Source: Eledone cirrhosa
Taxonomy: Eukaryota
NCBI GenBank assembly: GCA_964016885.1
Contig: OZ024741.1
Coordinates: 58,528,001-58,592,000 of the forward strand
DNA: 64,000 bases
Direction: 5' to 3'
The position numbers and the translations under genes were made by a program. Positions 51,401 to 64,000 of this stretch are shown piece by piece; position 1 is the stretch's first letter; every line of letters begins with the position of its first letter. The notes beneath the pieces are model-generated. The model saw only the letters and a list, made by a program, of their open reading frames with translations, was not told where the DNA came from and did not search any database.

Positions 51401-52184
51401 CACAAAATAAATCCAAATGTCAAGTTAAAAGAATATATCTGATCGTGTGTTTGCAAGTTTAAAGATGTATAGATGAGATTATAAATAAAATAATACAAAA
51501 AAAACAACTTTAAGCAGATCACCAGCAATGACCCACTAACTTGATCTATGACAAAGTGACGTACAAAGATAACAGATAATAATGCCTCTGAGAAGACTTA
51601 ACAGATTTGATTAAATTCTTCTTAGAAGATTTAGCAGGAATTTTCTCTTGCTAGCAGACTGTTATAATGTTATTCTGCATACACTACATTCAAACACTCT
51701 ATCTGCTACATCTATTAATAAACAAGTTTTCTTAACACTTAGTTATAAAGTGTTTATATTCATCTAAAAACCATTTTATATAAGAACTATTATGTTCCAA
51801 ATACCATCTTGATGAGATAGATATTTTTTCTAAATCTCTCCACATTCTTGATTATTTTCAAAATTATTAGAAAACCATAGGCAATCTTTCATTACAAAAT
51901 GCAATGAAAGGGTTAAGAGAAGATTTAGCAGGAATATAATGTTGTACCAATGAATATACAAATGCACTTAAATGTTAAACAATTGAAATTCTGCTATTGA
52001 ATGCAAAATATTTAAGTAGCCTTATATAGATATGCAGTGTTAAATTAACAGATCAGTGTCTACTGCAATAATTATAATTTTCGTTTGTTATTCAAGGTCT
52101 ATTTGTTTAAAATATCTTCTCAGATTTAGTGGTATCAAGGCCAAAACTGAAATTATTATTATTTTTATGTTTATTATTATTACA

Positions 52185-52735
52185 GCCAAGGTTAGCTTTG
52201 CCTTTCATCCTTACAGCTTGATAAAATAAAGTACCAGTAATGAACTGAGGTCAGTTTAATCGATTTACTCCTCCTTCCAAATAATTGGCCTTGTGCTTAA
52301 ATCAGAAACCATTATCAATATGGAGGTGGATTGGCAGTCAAAATGCTTAATAGTATTTCTTTTGATTCTTTACAGTGAGTTCAAATCCTGTCATGGTCAA
52401 CTTGGCCTTTCATCCTTCCTGGTTCGATAAAATAAAGTACCAGTAAAGTACTGTGGTCAATATAATCGGCTCTCTCCTCTCTCAAATTGCTGGTCTTGTG
52501 CCAATGGTAGAATTATCATTATTAGGGTACTTGATTGGTAAAGTCTTGAGGGCGTCAGAACAGTATTTGTCCCAGCTCTTTATTTACTGAGTTCAAATCC
52601 CACCAAGGTTAGTTTTTCCTTTTATCTTTCGTGGTTCTATAAAAGGAAATTCATCATATACTGGCGTTAATATAATCAACTGTTCTCTTCTCCCAGATTG
52701 CTGGCCTTGTACCAAATGTTAGAAATAATAATTAT
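52185..52735 (+). mobile_element. Three head-to-tail older Meta-SINE-like copies
   Basis: gcctttcatcc...gataaaataaagtaccagta...ggccttgtg recurs three times with divergence. Other old copies lie near 5240-5420, 11420-11655, 20300-20500, 32960-33200, 47900-48150(-), 49995-50130 and 62870-63000. Confidence 0.8.
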
Positions 52736-55635
52736 TATCTCTATCAGAAATTATTACTTACTAAAAGGAATCTACAACACAATTTCAATTTTCTAAGTTT
52801 CATTTTCTCATTCTACTTATGATCGCTACAGTTATTAACTTGCTAGCCACTCTGTTCTATTTTAACTATAATTATTTCCCAATTATTACTATTTATGTTT
52901 TAACATTATCAAACACCAGACTTAACATGTTAGATAATGTCAATATTGATTTTCAGAAATCCTGAACAGTTATTTAGTCAAGCAATTAGCACTAATTAAC
53001 CTTGAAGTTAAATTACATAAAACATAGTTTTAGTTCAAATTTTCATTATCTACTTTCTTAGATTATTTCATTGCAACCACTGTTCTTCTACAATTCCAAT
53101 AGGGTAGAAGGGCAATTTTAGGTCATATTGAGAAGTTTTACACACTTAATCTCATTTCTATTCCATTGACCACACAAATTGTCACAATGAATAACATAAA
53201 GGTCTTTTACTGTAGGGAAGAATCATTTTAGTCATTTAAAAACACAGTTACTAAATTTCAAGTCAGTTGCAGTGAAATGAAAATTTTGACAGTGCAATGA
53301 AAATGTTGACACCAGGAAGTAAATGATATATAGAGAGTTTTGGGGTGTTTTTTTAAATTGCTAAAATGACTCATCCACATTGTAATTATTTTAATTTCAA
53401 CACATGGGCTCAGATCAAGTCACTTGTTAGACGCGTACAACACTGAACTTTATAATATCAACATTTTTTTCTAAATTAATTTTTCCATAAACCAAAATTA
53501 ACCTTTTCTCTTAATAAATATATAAAAAGTTTATTTCATGAAAAAATCTCAATAGAAGTTTGACAGATTGAGTTATAAGTAGAGGACTATGCTACATTAC
53601 TTTTCGGGAATGCTAAGTTTAACATTTCAGGTTCTTTGTTAAAAACATAATATTCACACATTATTGAGTATCCTTCCTCTCTATATATATATAAACATTT
53701 CTCTATTTCACTTGTTATTTTCACTATATAACAATCTTGAGAGTGGAGAATAAATATAGTGAAAGATGTGTATTTCAAAAGACTAGAATCGATGGGAAAA
53801 TCATTTGAATAATGAATCCTTGGTATTGAAATTATTAAGAATCACTACTGTAGCCCTTTGATATCTTAGTAAGTGCACTGCTAACCCTTTTGTTACCATA
53901 TTTCTAATGAAAGACACTGCCTATGATTTTCAAATAACTTGTTAAATAATCAAGTATTTGAAGGGATTTAGTAAAATAATTAACTTTCTTGTTATTAAAC
54001 TCATGTTTAGATAAAAATTTGATATTTTAAAATAAACAGTTTTGTTTCAGGTAGTTTGGTATCAAAAATGTTAATGATTCTAAAGAAATTCTACCACTTA
54101 AAGTCTTGGAGAATTTTAACATTGATATAACTGTGTAAAACATTAATTTGGAGATTTAGTATTTCTCTAAAAACATCTTACTGGGGATTCCAAGAGTTTT
54201 GTTTCATAGAGAAAAGAAATGCTTTTAAAGGTTTCTAAAAGTGGCCAGAAATAAATCAATGAAGAAAACTTTGTTCCACATCACTTCTACTTAGAGAGAC
54301 ACTAGGAACACTAGAATCTAATGTAAGTTTGTGTTTTATGTTTTTACTGACGAACAGCAGACAACAAGAAACATTTACAATTGAGACATGTAGGGTCATG
54401 GGGAGTAAATTTAGTAATTCTTATGTTAGACTTTACACATCAGTCCTTCTTCCCCGCTCCCTCTTTTTACCAATTATATGCAATGAAGTGAAAAGATGGA
54501 AACAAGAAGACTAAATCAAATCAAAGAAGATAGAAAGAAATCAGGCAAAAGACATTTTATTGGTTACAACATAGAGAAGTGAATTGAGACTTTCTTCTCC
54601 TTGTTACCCCCACTGCCCTCACTATTTGCCCCTCCCTCACCCTCTGAACAAGGCTAAGTAAAGTAAAAATCCTTATGCTAAGTAAAGTAATACAACTTGT
54701 GAGTTCATGGATGACTGAGTTTAGTTGTGAAAATAGAGCAGAGGGAGTATATATAAAGTCATGAAAATATAAACATTTGTTTGATGACAGCAACTACAAA
54801 TATACATACAATAAATAATAATAACAACAATAATAATAATGATAAAAAGGAAAATTTGAGGCTTCAGAATTCTTATTTTTATTAGTGCACTTGTGGAAGA
54901 GTAGAACTGTCTTAGTGCCTGAAACTACAAAGAGACCCAGTAGAAAGGTGGCAAGCGGGAAATTTTGTATCCATCATCTCCATGTATTCAATGTCCTTTG
55001 TTAGTCCCATGTGATAATTTTGGATTTTGTGTGTGTGTGTTTGAAACAAGTGGGGCAGCAAGGTTTATGGCCTGGTTGTTAAGGTGGTGGATTCACAACC
55101 ATAAGGTTATCGGTTTGATTCCTGGACTGGGCAGTACGTTTTTGAGTTCTTGAGTAACTCATTTGATTTCACATTGCTTTTCATAATAGGAATAAGGTCC
55201 CTATCATTAAAACACCAAAAAAATTCTCATATGGGATTACACCTTACATTACTAAAACTTCATAGGTGTGAACTAAAAATGTCATTTTTCATTATCAAAC
55301 AGCTATGGCCTGTGTAAACTATGGTTTGTAAGTTCAAGTTAAACTTGAGCGTTTTTGTTGAGATTCTAAGGGCACCTAAACAGTCCATGTCTTAGTCCAT
55401 CTACTTGTTGACAGGAATAAGTATCAGGGTTTTCTAGCAAATAGCTCATTTATTTACTCACTGACATCACTCACAAGAAAATAGGTTTCACTCCATACAG
55501 CATTCAAGTATTTTAAGGCCATCTTCTCTTATAAAGTGTGGGCCCTATGACAAGCTCCTCTATTGCTTGCATTTCCCCTCACCATCCCCCTAGCTTTCAT
55601 TGGAATTCTACATCCTTTGTACTTATTATGGATGC

Positions 55636-55985
55636 AGGCATGGCTGAATGGTTAAGAAGTGTGCTTTCTAACCATGAGGTTCTGGGTTCGATCCCACTAT
55701 GCAGCATTATAAGCAAATGATTTTATCATAGCCCCAGATTGACCCAAGCCTTGTGAGTGAAAATTGGTAGGCAGAAACTGTATGGAAGCCTGTTGGATGG
55801 ATTGTACCTGTATAATTCAAAGGGCCAGCCTTGTCACACACTTTGTCATGCTGAATCTCCCTGAGAATTACATTATGGATATACATCTGTGGAATGCTCA
55901 TCCACTTACACATTAATTCATGAGCAGGCTGCACCATTGATCAGAAAATTGGAACACTCATTGTCAAAATTGACAGCGGATCCAC
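55636..55985 (+). mobile_element. Long tRNA-derived SINE (CORE-like octopus family), representative copy
   Basis: A-box tggctgaatggttaag and B-box ggttcgatccc. Its 3' body is shared with 40528-40820(+), 30020-30350(-), 19600-19933(-), 32680-32915(-) and 60630-60755(+). Shorter relatives at 1417-1545, 1775-2090, 19940-20100, 24320-24455 and 46925-47070(-). Confidence 0.8.
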
Positions 55986-58808
55986 CAACATCAGCTATTT
56001 CTACAATAAATTAATCAATGTAGTTCAAAGCTCAGAATGAAGATAATTTATCAAGAAAATCACAGGTAATTTATCAAGTAAATCAAATAATTTATAGAGA
56101 AATTCAAAACCGAGACAAGTTTTAAATGCTCTTCTCAGTAAAATTCATTAAAGATAATCATTTAACACTGCCAATTATGCACATTTAATTAAAAATATAA
56201 TGAGCAAAGGGAAATAACTTAAATGAAATAAATTTGGATAATTACGTTAAAGTGATGTACTTAATACTCTACTCGCAAAAAATATTAATTAAAATTTCTT
56301 TTCTTTGTTGGATGAAAGAAAAAAAATTAGCAGCAATTATTTGTGAAAAGGGAAGATATTTCAAGAAATTAAGAATTAATTTCTCTAACTCGATTTACAT
56401 GTTTAGGAATATGAAAAATCTTATCTTTGTTTGGGAGTAAGAGATTACAACAGAGTGGGATCCCTACAACTCCAACATGAGTTACAGTTCCAGGCATATG
56501 GATAGACAGACAAGATAACTATGGGCATGTTTTGGTCTATTAGCTCTCATCAGCATAGATTAGTTTAACCAAGCCTACTGATCAGCTGACACAAACTTAT
56601 TTCATACAGTAACAAGTTACACACACAAAAAGGTTAGACTATACTATGTTGATGAAGTTTAATAGGCTAAAAAATGACTACATTCATCCACGGTGAACAA
56701 TTAATTTCTAATTTCTTAAAATTATTTCCTCCTCCTTGAAGAATTATTTACAATTGCCACTAGGTTTGTTTGTTTTCTTCAACCAAGTGGGTAAACTTCA
56801 ATTAATTTAAAATGTTCTGCCTACAGCATTCAGCTTAATTATGCATATCTAATAGTTTTAATGATTATTTAATTTTAATGGATTTAAAAAAATATATATA
56901 TTAAAATACTGAAAATGAAAATGTTGCTTGTTGGAATGGAAAAGATATTTAGAAATGTTTTCTTTATGTCAAATATAATAAACAATACCGAAATATTTAG
57001 AACTAATGACAACGAAAATTATTCTAAAGTGTGTGTATGGGTAAGAAGAGAGAGTAGCATGTTGTGTGTGTGTGAGAGAGTTAGTGAGTGTACATGTATA
57101 AATACATAGTGGGTCTGAAATACTGCCACTGAATCAATTCCTCATGTATGTTATATATGCTAGATTAAATCTTTCCTACTAAGTCCCCTCCCCCCCTTCA
57201 CATATCTCTGTCTTCATCAAATGTTAAGTTTTTATCCATTTCCATCTATGATTTACCAAAGCTAAGACAATTTATATAGGCCTCAAATACAAATTGCTTC
57301 CTCAGCTTTTTTCAGCTTGTCTCAGCTCAGAATGTATGATTTGCAAAGAAATAACATACATTATAACACATACACATAGGTACTGAAATGAGTTAGTATA
57401 CAATTATATATATGTAAATGTGTGTTTCATTCAAAATAAAAATAAAAAAATCTATTATTTTCCCTCTGTTGTACCATCTGGTCATACTTTCAATAATGTG
57501 ATAAGATCCTGTGATATCTTCACTGTTTTCAACACCAAACTCAACCAGTGTAGCAGCAGCCGTAACACTAACGCTAGTTTTTGTAAAGTTAAATACTTGC
57601 ATTGTGCTGATGCTAAACTTCGAATCTTTTTTTAATTGCTAACTAGAACTTATTTTCTTCTTCAATGGAATTTAAAAAAAAAAAAAAAAAAAAAAGAAAC
57701 ACTTTGTTCTTTCATAGCTCCATACTCCAGCTCTCACCACCAAACTATCACTGATTGATGATGGCTTTTGATGATCATGCAACATCTATGTTATCCAGCT
57801 GCTGATGCTACAGTTACTCTGGGAGTAAATCCAAGATACCTATCAGTAGAATTTCCAATGGAATACAAAGGAAAGCTAAATTGTTTTAGTTTTGTTTAGG
57901 AAATGGTATTATTCTGTGTTAACTCTTTTGTTACCATATTTTTTATTGAAAGACACTCTTTTACTCTCTAGACTGCAGTCTTGCTGGGGCAATGCCTTAA
58001 AAGGATTTAGTCAATTAATCACAGTACTTATTTTATTGATCTCTTTTTTTGCCAAACTTTTAAGTTATGGGACATAAACACAGACACAAATGTAAACACT
58101 CTCGCACACGCGCACACACACACACACAGATTACTGCAGTTTCCATCTACCATATTCCACTCGCACAAAACATTGATAAACTTGAGACTTAAGTAGAAGA
58201 CACTTGCATAAGGTGATGATGATAATGATCTTTGAAGCAGTCTCTATTGAGGGCATATTCATAAAGCATCCTAGCCAATAACCAACCCTCTATCTTCTAG
58301 AAACAGCAGACAAATCTCCCTGAAATCAAACCCTAGAATCTTAATATAAAAAAAAGTGGACATTGTATAATATAGTTTGAGTTACATTATATCTTAAAAA
58401 CGGGATAGTCAAAGATTAAACACCTTTGATCATAGATCTGTTCAACTAACACTGACCTGGTACTAAACAATAGCAGCAGCAATCTTTTCTTTATTGTTGG
58501 GTAGAGATTGACAACATTCTTAGATGAAACTCAAATTTTCTTTTAACATTTATGATACCAAACTGCTTGAAACCACCCCAGGTTACTCTTTATTTTAAAG
58601 TGTCTGTATTTATCTAAACTTTTAAGTTATATTCCATATTCCAAACACCAGCAGAAATAATGAAGTTATATTTACTAAATCCTAGATTATTGTTTTGAAC
58701 ATTATTTGAAAACCATAGGCAGACTCTTTCATTAGAAATATAATGAAAGGGCTGAAGTGTTTATATTTATTTTAAAACTTTCCATCATAATTTTATGTAA
58801 GGACTTTT

Positions 58809-59245
58809 GCCATGATAAAATATACCCAGCCCATTCTGTGAAGTGGTAGTGCTGGTACTTCAATGAAATACATCCAGTACGCTCTGTAAAGTGTTAGTGC
58901 TGGTGTCAGATTAAAATGCACCCAGCTCATAGTGTAAAGTGAAAGTGTTGATGATATGCATGCGACCCATTCAGGAAAGTGTTAGTGCAGTGTTATGATA
59001 AAATGCACCCAGCCCACTCTGTAAAGTGATAGTGCTGGAGCCATGATAAAATGTACCTAACCCACACTAATGTGGTAGTGATGGTGCCAGTGGTTAGTGT
59101 TATGAAGGGCATCCAGCTGTAGAGGCCTTGACAAAAATGGAAAGTATGAACAATTATTGGTCTCTGTCTGCTTGTCTAATCTCAGACCATGGCAACTCAT
59201 CCAGCCTATGCCAGCATGGAAAACATCTAAAATGGTAATGATGAT
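58809..59245 (+). mobile_element. Retroposon 3' region with about six 48-bp tandem units and an RTE-type tail
   Basis: Unit approximately gccatgataaaatgcacccagcccactctgtaaagtgatagtgctggt, then gaagggcatccagc and atgccagcatggaaaa...atgatgat. Related arrays at 6870-7050, 13425-13560, 27280-27460(-), 37440-37685(-) and 38625-38760. Confidence 0.8.
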
Positions 59246-60754
59246 AGTTATTTTATTTCCAATAAGTTTGTTCAATAGAGTCAATTTATATTCAATTGGG
59301 TTGTAACAAATGAAGAGAATATACATTGAGAGAGAAAAACTATAAAAGTCTATAAATTGATGCCATGTTACAAACATACTCATGAACAATATTATTAAAT
59401 TGGTAAAGGAATAGTGGGGAATTTAGAACAACAATTATTACTTAGAAAGACCGGGCCAGATTGATGTTTGAAAACGTCAGGTATTAAGAGATATTCTATT
59501 GTAAAATAATGGTAAGAGAAGAATAAAAAGGAAAGAAAATAAGTGAAAAGTATAGTAAGTAGTGACTAAAGATTTATCTGTCAAATGTTATTATGTAAAA
59601 AGTCTAAGTAATCTGCAGTAGTTTTGGTATATTTTAGAAGAAATCTGAGCTGATGACAACTTATTTTAAGTGGAAGAGATAGTAAGGTACCAACCATTCT
59701 CAATAAGAATCAAAGCAATCACAAAAATGGTACATGGGAAGACTGAATTAAGTAGCTAATCAATAAAGACAACAAGGAAATGAGAGAGAGAGGGGGGGAT
59801 ATCAATTTTAAAAAAAAAAAGAATTGAGGAAAATCCATTTATTGTTCCTATCAAATATTCCAGGTGACAAAAACAGATGAGTTTCCAGTTCTAAGCTGAA
59901 ATAAATAAACAGATGGTCTCTCAAGTACATTATTAGAAATCCATTATAGAAAAGAGTCTAACTTTGTGGAAGAAAGTAATGCAGGTTATCATGAGAAATC
60001 AAAGTATCTATAGTCTTAAAAGCAAAAGAATTTTTATTCTTAATCTCTTGTTTTAAACACTTTAGCATACATAAGTCTAAAAAGCTTTGTGTACATAAAG
60101 ATGCGTAAGTACACATGTATACATTGAGTTAAATATTACAAAACATACACATTCAAGAATATGTAGGCTTAACTCATTTGCTATTATATTTCTAATAAAA
60201 GACTGCCTATAATTTTCAAATCATTTTGAAAATAGTCAAGAATTTGGAAGGATTTAGTAATATCACATTCTCATGATTAATCCTATGTTTGGTATATAAC
60301 TTAACTTAGAGGAGATTTTTACATAAAATCATGACAGAAGATAAATATAAATACTTGAAAATAAACAGTTATGTATCAGAGAACCAAGCATGCTTTCAAG
60401 TGGTTTGGCATAAATAATAAGTCTAAAAATTGGTATACGTAAAGATGAATAAATACATACCTACATATACTCACGCGTGTGTGCGCACATACACACACTC
60501 TGTGGCTTGTGGTTAAAGTGTTCAGCTCACAATCATAACAACATGAATTTGATTCTGAATTGTCTGTCATGTCCTCCAGAAGAACACTTTATTTTGTGTT
60601 TCTCTAGTCCATTCTGCTGAAAAAATGAATTAAGTTCAAAGTGCCAGCCATTTCATACACTGCCATTCTGAATCCCCCCAAGGACTGTGTTAACGGTGCA
60701 CAAGTTTATGGAATTCTCAGATACTTGCATGTTAATTTCGTGAGCAGACTACCA

Positions 60755-61190
60755 TTGGATGTCCAACACAACCATTTGCAATGGTCTGGACACATTGTCT
60801 GCATGGCTTGTGAGTGTACCCCTAAGCAATTGTTTTATGGGGAACTTGTTCAGGGGAAAAGGAATCAGTGTAAGTAAAAAAAAAGGTTGAAATGATGCAT
60901 TGAAGGAGAACTTGAACAATGTAAGAACTGGCAAGAAAACAAACCCTGGAAAGTCTCAGAGGAGATGAGATCACTCTATTTTGGTGTTCCAAAATATGGG
61001 ATGATATGAAAACTTTTGAACCAAACAGGCTAATGCAAGTAAATTATTAAGAGGAAAATAAGAAAGAAAAGAGCAGCCAGTAAGGGAATATTAAATTAAT
61101 GAAACTTTTTTCTACTTGTACAATTTGTGGCTATATGTATGTCTAGTCTAAAAAACCATACAAGATCTCATGCCAGAATTCACAATCATT
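60755..61190 (+). mobile_element. RTE (BovB-like) LINE 3' fragment
   Basis: LQWSGHIVCMACECTPKQLFYGELVQGKRNQ, followed by a decayed C2H2-like CTICGYICMSSLKNHTRSH. Confidence 0.8.
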
Positions 61191-62740
61191 ACACTGAAGT
61201 AGTCAAGATTTGTATTGAACAAACAAGTAATATACATGTGTGTATGCTTGTATGTATCTATGTATATGCATTTATGTATCATATATATGTATGTACATGT
61301 ATATATAATTGTTCCCCTTCCCCTGTGTTGCTTTTCCTCATTGACATATGAAATATAGTCCAAATGCAGATGACTTTATAGTTGATCACTATAAATATTT
61401 ATAGTTGATCACTATAAATGTTTGAGAAAATCAGGTAAAATATCCTTGGATATGATAAAAGAGGACAGAGATGCCCACACTTGAAAAATAAGTGGATAAA
61501 CTCTGAACTCTGTCCAACCCATACAATCATGTTAAAACAGACAAAAAAATATCTAATTTATCAAGAAAATGTTCATTCTTATATGCTGAGAAAGAAAAGG
61601 ATATTTAAAATTTATTTTTTCAAAATCATGCATGAGAATACAACACAACAACTGCATGTGTTTTAGACAATTGTATCTGCTAAAACAGGAGTTAATTTTG
61701 TGCCCTCTAGCTTTGTAGACATCATGATGTCCTTTAGAGACAATGGTTTACAGCCAGATGCCCTTTTAGTCACCTCTGAGTACATGCAGGGATACAGTGT
61801 ACTGATTCTAAATTGGATACACATTGTGTGTCCATTAATTTATTGTAATATATCAGTTTATTCTTTTTTTAAATCAAAATTTCATTTTCTCTTTTTTCTA
61901 TATCTTGTTTTCAATCAATTTTATTTAATATATATATTATCTATCTGAATATAGATTCAAATGTTACTGTATACACTTTTGTCTCAGATAAGAATTTTAA
62001 TAATTAAATGTAAATATTTTATCACCATTGACAACATACACTCTTAATATAGATCTAATATTGGCTGGGTTTTTTTTAATATTTTTTTTTGGGGGGGGGG
62101 GGGGGGGGTCCGTAATGATATTATTGATGACTTTCCAGTTGCTTTCTTTAATCATATTAATAATTCATTACTAATATGTAGAAATATTTTCTATTTACTT
62201 TTGTCTGATGCACATAGTTTATTTTGGCAGTTTCACAAATAATCAAGGTTATTGTTTTTGGTATAATTTCGAAATTCAGTCTGCTTTTCGTTTGAAGTAC
62301 ATCATGATGGAAATGGAAATAGATTATGAAAACGCTGTGACCAAATATTTGAGGCCTGCCAACAATTCTTATAAAAATAACTATAATGATAATAATAATA
62401 ATAATAATTGGAAAAAATCAGAATAGCATCAGTAGCAACCAAATGATGGAATTCAATAGAGGTGATATTAATATTGCTTTGTTAATTATTTAATGTTGTA
62501 ATTTTCTATCTTAGTTATGTATTGTTTACCTCCCTCCAGTGATTATTTTCCTTTTTTTCTTTCTTTCAATTTTCACCAAATAATATTTTAATTGGGAAGA
62601 TTTCCAGTGGTTAAATATAGACCAAGCCATGCCAGTGTGGGAAATAGATGGTAAACAATGAGGATGATGATGATGATGACATCTGATTAAAAGTGATACT
62701 GGCTAATGAAATGCTTGGAAATTATGATTTATAGTTATTA

Positions 62741-62772
<32 letters not shown>

Positions 62773-64000
62773 TTAATCACATTGGCACAGATCTAATGAT
62801 GTTGATATATCATCAACAGCGCTTTATGTGAAAAAGAACCAAACTGTTTTTTAGCATAATAATTTGTCTAGGTTATTAGAGTGTTGGATATTTGTTCCTG
62901 GTCTCTGTGTTTTGAATTCAAATCATGCCAAGAACTATTTTGCCCTCATCCTTTCAGAGTCAGTAAATAAAGTATCAGCCAAGTGCTGGTATAGCCCCTT
63001 TTCCTTCCAGCTGTCACATCCTGGATGATTTGCTGGATCAATAGAGCAAGAGTTAAATGAGAGTCTCTATCTGCTTGTAACTAGATGGGTACTTAAAACC
63101 CTTTATGAAAGCATGGTGTGTACTACCAAGTGATACTCGATTGTGAATGATGGCTGTAGTATTTTTTTATACTAGTAAATAAAGGGTGGTGGATTATCAG
63201 AATCGTTAGAGCATCAGCCAAAATGCTTTGCAGCATTTAGTTACAGCTCATTACGTACTGCATTCAAATACATAACCCAATGTTTTACAATCAGTAAGTA
63301 ATATTCAGTTTCTTTAGCAAACTTTAACAAAGTTATGGCTGTAGATATATATATATATGGCCTGATGGTTAGGATGTTGACTTCAAGAGGTTGATCCCTG
63401 GACGGTGGTATGCAATGTTCTTGAGCAAGACCCTTTTTATATAAATACACCTGTAATCATCCCTGGTTCTATGATACAAAGCTATTTGTTTTAAAGTGTT
63501 TATATTTTGTTTAAAAAAAACAACCTTCCATTTTAATTCTGTGTTAGAACTTTTGTTATGTTACAATCACCAGCTTAATAAGCAAAAGTTAGTTATGATA
63601 GTTAATCCTTACAAATTCTCAATTATTTTCAAAATTATTTGAAAATCATAGACATTATCTTTCCTTAGAAATGTGGTAATGAAAGAGTTAAGAAATCATG
63701 AGAAAATATAAACCTCTGAGTAAATGTGAAGAGGAAATAGAGAGTATTTTCATATTTCATTTATTTATTAGCATTGTTTGGATTTTTAAACTTTCATTTC
63801 TAGATTCTCTGTTAAAACTTCTAACATATTTCTCAACTATTTTAACAGAAATACATTCAGCACCAGACTTAACTCCAGAGTCTCCTTTTCTTTATTATTT
63901 TCCTCATCACTGCCACTACCACTACCATCATCATTATTATGTTTTATTATACCATATATTTTACTTATATTATAATGGAACCTTAGTTATTGGTTATTTC

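Noticed and set aside
55636-55705. tRNA gene
   Set aside because: A/B boxes are present, but the sequence continues into a SINE body and I see no intact cloverleaf. It is a SINE head.
57393-57695. Protein-like ORFs next to a poly(A) run, as a possible retrocopy or exon
   Set aside because: No recognisable homology, polyadenylation signal near the A-run, TSD or convincing splice pair.
58809-59090. 48-bp repeats as a possible CRISPR array
   Set aside because: The units are contiguous and degenerate, with no unique spacers or cas genes, and they sit in a eukaryotic retroposon.
62208-62426. 72-aa ORF after a ggcag acceptor-like site
   Set aside because: It does not match the expected RXYLT1 continuation (LYLW...) and runs into an (AAT)n repeat.

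Overview
AT-rich, repeat-dense eukaryotic DNA whose repeat landscape (tRNA-derived SINEs, RTE-clade LINEs with (GAT)n tails, many microsatellites) resembles an octopus/coleoid cephalopod genome. That taxonomic call is an inference. I found one well-supported coding exon, missed by the ORF track: 28063-28236 (+), 174 nt, phase 1-1. It encodes ...DWNPWGEE...VEIWGKAAI(G) and matches exon 2 of RXYLT1/TMEM5 (ribitol xylosyltransferase). I could not find its neighbouring exons, so the window is probably mostly two very long introns of that gene. The rest is transposon sequence: decayed RTE and RTE-X-like LINEs (two with a PHD finger inside the reverse transcriptase), CRE-like endonuclease remnants, a Tc1/mariner end, a hAT MITE, three TTAA-flanked piggyBac-like MITE families that nest into each other, several SINE families, and Penelope-like remnants with decayed hammerhead cores. 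Most listed ORFs are spurious or antisense to TE sequence. I see no convincing new multi-gene system. The most interesting signals are the intact PHD-in-RT, unusually long direct repeats flanking insertions, a candidate poison exon and several dsRNA-forming inverted structures. Family assignments are from memory of motifs, not from searches, and repeat boundaries are approximate unless TSDs are quoted.
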